A model generated the notes under the pieces. The model saw only the letters and a program-made list of their open reading frames with translations, was not told the DNA's origin and searched no databases. A stretch of DNA of 32,000 nucleotides. Origin: Candidatus Saccharimonadota bacterium (GTDB lineage Bacteria > Pseudomonadota > Gammaproteobacteria > Enterobacterales > Enterobacteriaceae). The DNA is taken from the NCBI GenBank assembly GCA_049942965.1, contig CP188088.1:420001-452000 (forward strand), read 5' to 3'. Shown piece after piece: positions 27,530-32,000 of the stretch (its first letter is position 1; the number at the start of each line of letters is the position of its first letter). A program made the translations under genes and the position numbers.

Positions 27530-28492
27530 CTAATAAAAATTAGAAATAATAATTTTTTCTAACTTTTTTTGATCTGCTGAAAATTGTCGAATTCCTTCTG
27601 ATAATTTTTCAACAGCCATAGAGTTTAAATTATGTTCCCATAAAAATTTAGATTTGGATAATTTTTTAGGAGGAACTGTACTAACTTTATTAGCAACAAC
27701 AAGGTTTTTTTTAACTGATTTTGAAGAATTCATTAATTTATCTAATAAAATTGGAGATATAGTTAACTTATCACATCCAGATAATTCTAATATTTGTTCA
27801 ATATTTCTAAAACTAGCTGCCATAATAATAGTTTTATATCCATGTGTTTTATAATAATTAAAGATTCTAATTACAGATTGTACTCCTTTATCTTTTTTTA
27901 CATCGTAAAAATCCTGTTGATTAGGATAATTAATATTATACCAATCACTAATTCGTCCTACAAACGGAGAAATCAAAAAAACACCTGCTTCCGCACATGC
28001 TTTAGCTTGAGCAAAAGAAAACAATAAAGTTAAATTACATTTGATATTTAATTTTTCTAGTTCTTCTGAAGCTTTAATTCCTTCCCAAGTTGCTGCCAAC
28101 TTAATTAAAACTCTAGATCTATCTATATTTTCTTCTTCATACATTTCAATTATCTTTTTTGATTCTTCAATACATTTTGACTTATCAAAAGAACAATCCG
28201 CACTTATTTCTGTTGAAACGTAACCAGGGATTTTTTTTAGTAATTCTATTCCAATTCCGGTAGATAGTTTATTAATAATAAAATTCATTGATTTTTTTTC
28301 ATCCATCCCTTGTTTTTTAGAATATATAATTGCTTTATCAATTATTTTTTTATATTGATTTAAATTCCAAACATTTAAAATTAAAGAAGGATTAGTTGTA
28401 GCATCTTCGGGAAGAAATTTATCTATTAAACTAACATCTCCAGTATCAACGACAACAGTTGAAAATTTTTTTAAATAATTTAAGCTATTCAA
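27530..28492 (-). CDS. talA: Transaldolase
   Basis: 320-aa ORF. The start is TTG, with GGAG 7 nt upstream and no in-frame ATG nearby. TVVVDTGD, DATTNPSL, the Schiff-base lysine context LIKLAATWEG and NLTLLFSFAQAKACAEAGVFLISPFVGRI are all present. Confidence 0.93.
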   Translation of the reverse strand: MNSLNYLKKFSTVVVDTGDVSLIDKFLPEDATTNPSLILNVWNLNQYKKIIDKAIIYSKKQGMDEKKSMNFIINKLSTGIGIELLKKIPGYVSTEISADCSFDKSKCIEESKKIIEMYEEENIDRSRVLIKLAATWEGIKASEELEKLNIKCNLTLLFSFAQAKACAEAGVFLISPFVGRISDWYNINYPNQQDFYDVKKDKGVQSVIRIFNYYKTHGYKTIIMAASFRNIEQILELSGCDKLTISPILLDKLMNSSKSVKKNLVVANKVSTVPPKKLSKSKFLWEHNLNSMAVEKLSEGIRQFSADQKKLEKIIISNFY

Positions 28493-28630
28493 TTTTAAAC
28501 TCCATAAATAATTAAATTAATACTATTTAAAATTAATAAAAAAAAATTCTTATTAATAAAAATTTTATAAAAAAAACTTTATTTAAAAAAATAAAAATTT
28601 ATATGGTTAAAAAAATGAAGAAAACATTTA

Positions 28631-29857
28631 CTATGAACTGTATTTATTATTTTTTTTTAAAACTAAACTGACACTTGTTCCTCCAAAACCTAAACTATTT
28701 GACATAGCATAATTAATTTTGGTTTCTATTATTTTTTTTGAAATGTTCATTCCCTGAGCTAAAACATCCAATGAATCAATGTTAATGCTAGGTGCTATAA
28801 AATTATTTTTCATCATAATTAATGTATAGATAATTTCATGTACTCCAGATGCTCCTAAAGAATGACCAGTCATGGACTTTGTTGCAGAAATTATTGGGAT
28901 ATTATTTTTTTTAAATACATTTTTAATAGCATTCAACTCTACAATGTCACCTTTTTTAGTAGAAGTAGCATGAGGATTTAAATAATCAATTGATTTTTTT
29001 TTTAAGTTATTTAACGCCATATTCATACAACGAATCAAACTAATCTCAGAAGAAGAAACCATGTTTTGACCATTCGAAGAAAATCCATAACCTATTAATT
29101 CTCCATAAATTATCGGAGCTTTTCTACTTAAAGCATGATTTAATTCTTCTAAAACTAATATTCCAGCTCCTTCTGATAAAACAAATCCATCTCGATTTGT
29201 ATCGAAGACACGAGATGCTTTGTTTGGAATAGAATTATAATTTGTAGATAAAATCCTCATTTTATCAAAACCAATAGCTGCTTCTTCAGTTAATTCTTCA
29301 GCTCCTCCTGCAAACACTATATCTTGATAACCATGTTTTATTAGTTGATAAGCATGACCAATACAATTAGCAGAAGTTGTACATGCAGAATTTATTGCAT
29401 AATTGACTCCATATAATTTTAAAATCACAGATAAAATTGAAGAAATTGAAGAAGGCATGTATTTTATTATCGAATAAGGATCTTTGAATTTTTCTAACTT
29501 AAGAACATTATTGAAAATATTTCTTAAATTCATAATACCTAATCCAGAACCAATAATTATTCCTACTTTATTGTTCTTTTCATAAATTTTAGAAATCAAA
29601 CCAGAATTTGTAATAGCATTTTTTAATGCTACATATGCATATTCTGCAATTTTTGTCATAAATCTAAGATTTTTTCTATCTATATATTTTTTTTTAAATT
29701 TAACTTTTCCACAAATGTGACTACGTATGCCTAGCTGATGCATTTTTTTAGAAAAAAAAACTCCTGATCTTCCATTTTTTAAATTATTTAATATTTCTTT
29801 TTCAGTATTTCCAATGCAAGAAATAATTCCTATTCCTGTTATAACTACTCGTTTCAC
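28631..29857 (-). CDS. fabB: 3-oxoacyl-ACP synthase I
   Basis: 408-aa ORF with a GTG start preceded by AAGGA. It begins MKRVVITG, has the active-site Cys (INSACTTSANCIG) and the His motifs (HATSTKKGD, TGHSLGASG). It is collinear with my recollection of E. coli FabB (about 406 aa). Confidence 0.93.
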   Translation of the reverse strand: MKRVVITGIGIISCIGNTEKEILNNLKNGRSGVFFSKKMHQLGIRSHICGKVKFKKKYIDRKNLRFMTKIAEYAYVALKNAITNSGLISKIYEKNNKVGIIIGSGLGIMNLRNIFNNVLKLEKFKDPYSIIKYMPSSISSILSVILKLYGVNYAINSACTTSANCIGHAYQLIKHGYQDIVFAGGAEELTEEAAIGFDKMRILSTNYNSIPNKASRVFDTNRDGFVLSEGAGILVLEELNHALSRKAPIIYGELIGYGFSSNGQNMVSSSEISLIRCMNMALNNLKKKSIDYLNPHATSTKKGDIVELNAIKNVFKKNNIPIISATKSMTGHSLGASGVHEIIYTLIMMKNNFIAPSINIDSLDVLAQGMNISKKIIETKINYAMSNSLGFGGTSVSLVLKKNNKYSS

Positions 29858-30001
29858 TATTTTTCCTTAAAAAAAATAAAAAATAATTTTTTTTAAAAAT
29901 TAAAAAAAAAAAAAGAATGATATAATAAAATTATTATCTGTTTATTTTTTTTATTTAATAAAATAATTATATATTATTTACAATAATAAAATATTTTAAA
30001 A

Positions 30002-30879
30002 ATGAAAACAAATACCTTGGTCCATCTTAAAAATATAATTAACAAAAATTGTTTATATATTGTTCCAACTCCAATAGGAAATCTTCTGGATATTACAAAA
30101 AGATCATTATTAATTTTAAATAAAGTAAATATTATTGCTGCTGAAAATATTTTTCATACAACAATATTACTAAAAAATTTTGATATAAAAAAAAAAAAAT
30201 AATTTCTTTTAACAAACACAACGAAGAAAAAAAAACAAAATATTTAATTAAAAAATTACTATTAGGACAAACAATTGCACTAGTATCTAACGCAGGAACT
30301 CCAATAATCAATGATCCTGGATTTGTTTTAGTTAAAGCATGTCAAAAAAAAAAAATAAAAATAATACCTTTACCTGGAGCTTGTTCAATTATTACTGCGC
30401 TTATAGGATCTGGACTTCCTGCTGATAAATTTTCCTATGAAGGGTTTTTTCCAAAAAAGAAAGACATAAAAAAAACATTTAGAAAAATAAAAAAAAATGA
30501 AAGAACCACAATTTTTTTAGAATCTTCTCATAGAATTATCAATTCTATAAAAGAAATCATTAATGAACTAGGAGAACATCAAAAAATAACTATAGCAAAA
30601 GAAATAACAAAAATTTGGGAACTGTTTTATAAATCTACAGCCATAAAAGTATTAAAATTTCTTAAAAAAGATGAAAAAAATAAAAATGGAGAATTTATTA
30701 TTCTAATTAAAGGAATAAAAAGAAAAAAAGAAAAAAAAAAAGAAACTAAAAGAATACTAAATATTTTAAGTCAAGAACTATCTTTAAAACAATCAATATT
30801 ACTAACTTCAAAAATATGTCGAGAAAAAAAAAATTATATATATAAAGAAGCAATAAAAAACATAAAAGATGACAAATAA
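30002..30879 (+). pseudogene. rsmI: 16S rRNA (cytidine1402-2'-O)-methyltransferase RsmI (YraL), broken by one frameshift in an A13 run
   Basis: The track ORF 30002-30202 (LYIVPTPIGNLLDIT..IAAEN) is the RsmI N-terminus and stops at the TAA right after A13 (30187-30199). I translated the other frame codon by codon from 30199 to the TAA at 30877-30879. It is stop-free and continues the homology: IISFNKHNEE..IALVSNAGTPIINDPGF..IPLPGACSIITALIGSGLPADKFSYEGFFP..TIFLESSHRI..ITIAKEITKIWE. Confidence 0.85.
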
Positions 30880-30909
30880 AAAAAAATTTGATAGTATTAT
30901 TCATAATAC

Positions 30910-31279
30910 AAGTGATTTCAATTAATCGAATAGTCGCTATTTTATATTTTTTAAAATAGAGGAAAGTCCGGACTCCATAGGGTAAGGTGCCAGGTAACAC
31001 CTGGGAATTCTACGACTAGTGCCACAGAAAAAAAACCGCCAAAAAAATAAAAATATAATTTGGTAAGGGTGAAAAGGTGTGGTAAGAGCACACCGCAAAT
31101 TTAGAAATAAATTTTGGCAAGGTAAACTCCACCTGGAGCAAGGTCAAATAAAGATTTGTTCAATATAACCCGTATTTAAAAATCTGGGTAGACCGCTTGA
31201 GATAATAAGCAATTATTATACTAGATAAATGACTATTAAAAACAGAATCCGGCTTACAGATTATTTGATTTCACTTTTA
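30910..31279 (+). ncRNA. rnpB: RNase P RNA (bacterial type A)
   Basis: The universally conserved blocks are present: GAGGAAAGTCCGGACTCCATAGGGTAAGGTGCCAGGTAACACCTGGG, GGTAAGGGTGAAAAGGTGTGGTAAGAGCACACCGC, GGTAAACTCCACCTGGAGCAAGGTCAAATA and ACAGAATCCGGCTTA. A P1 helix forms between 30910-30927 and 31259-31276. The ends are approximate, within about 10 nt. Confidence 0.93.
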
Positions 31280-31365
31280 ATAAAAATAAAAAATTTAAAT
31301 TTCAAAAATTTATTTCAAAAACACTTATATAGTATATAATTTTTTATATAAATGTTTTATTTTTT

Positions 31366-32000
31366 TTACAAACCAGAAATTTGCATTTCTGAAACAAAAA
31401 TTGATCCACATTGTATATTTTTTTTATAATTAATATCTTTTCCAAGATATATAATATTTTTCCAAATTTCATTTAAATTTCCGGAAATAGTAATTTCTTT
31501 CACTGGATTTTTAATTTTTCCATGTTCTACTAAAAATCCAAAAGCTCCTTTAGAATAATCTCCATTTATTAAATTTACTCCGTCTCCCATCAATTCTGTA
31601 ACTAATATTCCCAAACGAACTTCAGACAACATGTCTTTAAATGTCAAAAGTGAATTTTTATTTTCTGTAGAAATTATAAAATTATGAATTCCTTCAGAAT
31701 GACCAGTAGTTTTTAATCCTAATCTTCTAGATGAATAACAATCTAACAACCAAGTTTTTAAAATTCCTGATTCTACAACTTTTAAAGTTTTAGTTCTAAC
31801 CCCTTCTCCATCAAAAGGTCTAGAAAAAAGCCCTTTTTTTACATGAGGATCATCTACTATATTTAACCAATTAGGAAAAATTAATTTATTTAATTTATCA
31901 CATAAAAAACTATTTTTTTTATAAATATTACTTCCAGTAATCCCTTGTACAAAATAAGAAAACAAACTACTAGATACATCAGAAGAAAATATTACACATG
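31366..32000 (-). CDS. pmbA: PmbA/TldE metalloprotease-family protein; C-terminal part only, N-terminus beyond position 32000
   Basis: The frame is open from the window edge. The track start at 31965 is an internal TTG Leu codon, and I translated the upstream codons ..CVIFSSDVSSS without a stop. The C-terminal block EITISGNLNEIWKNI..NIQCGSIFVSEMQISG matches my recollection of the PmbA C-terminus. Confidence 0.85.
   Translation of the reverse strand, partial: CVIFSSDVSSSLFSYFVQGITGSNIYKKNSFLCDKLNKLIFPNWLNIVDDPHVKKGLFSRPFDGEGVRTKTLKVVESGILKTWLLDCYSSRRLGLKTTGHSEGIHNFIISTENKNSLLTFKDMLSEVRLGILVTELMGDGVNLINGDYSKGAFGFLVEHGKIKNPVKEITISGNLNEIWKNIIYLGKDINYKKNIQCGSIFVSEMQISGL

Noticed and set aside
27654-28223. 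Three + strand ORFs (66, 77 and 60 aa) inside talA
   Set aside because: They are antisense shadows of transaldolase.
30746-31000. 84-aa minus-strand ORF
   Set aside because: It overlaps the rsmI 3' end in antisense and runs into the conserved 5' core of rnpB (GAGGAAAGTCCGG region). This is an artefact.
1-32000. Possibility of a novel defence, mobile or otherwise undescribed multi-gene system in this window
   Set aside because: Every ORF of 60 aa or more is either a recognisable housekeeping or biosynthetic gene, or an antisense or out-of-frame shadow of one. There are no integrase, transposase, phage, toxin-antitoxin, restriction or CRISPR-Cas hallmarks. There are no spaced direct-repeat arrays, no compositional island, and no tRNA-flanked insertion; the single tRNA-Val sits in its ancestral context. 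The two long spacers contain no ORFs.

Overview
By eye the window is extremely AT-rich and densely packed with housekeeping and amino-acid-biosynthesis genes. It reads like the reduced genome of an insect gammaproteobacterial endosymbiont, with content and order resembling Buchnera aphidicola; that identity is an inference, since no search was run. I support 28 protein-coding loci, 26 apparently intact CDSs plus 2 degraded genes. The CDSs are aroH (partial), sufA-like, tyrS, priA, nth, ribC, tilS, metG, dcd, gnd, the complete hisGDCBHAFI operon, smrB, aroC, dapA, dapE, tktB, talA, fabB and pmbA (partial). The RNA genes are tRNA-Val(GAC) and RNase P RNA (rnpB). The two degraded genes are a rsmI broken by one frameshift in an A13 run and a 72-aa lipoprotein remnant at the bamC position. 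Three GC-containing hairpins with T-runs look like minus-strand terminators. I see no CRISPR array, transposase, integrase, phage, toxin-antitoxin or defence-type gene. No unexplained ORF of 60 aa or more remains; all leftover track ORFs are antisense or out-of-frame shadows of conserved genes. I therefore do not find a novel multi-gene system here. The points worth a second look concern genome erosion. PriA has an intact 756-aa frame, but its Walker A, Walker B and motif VI positions appear eroded. The rsmI frameshift could be rescued by slippage, and many other homopolymer tracts of 10 nt or more stay in frame. The bamC remnant is miniaturised. Two spacers are unusually long (1069 bp and 637 bp). 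The rsx cluster upstream of nth and the his leader are both absent. TTG and GTG starts are frequent.
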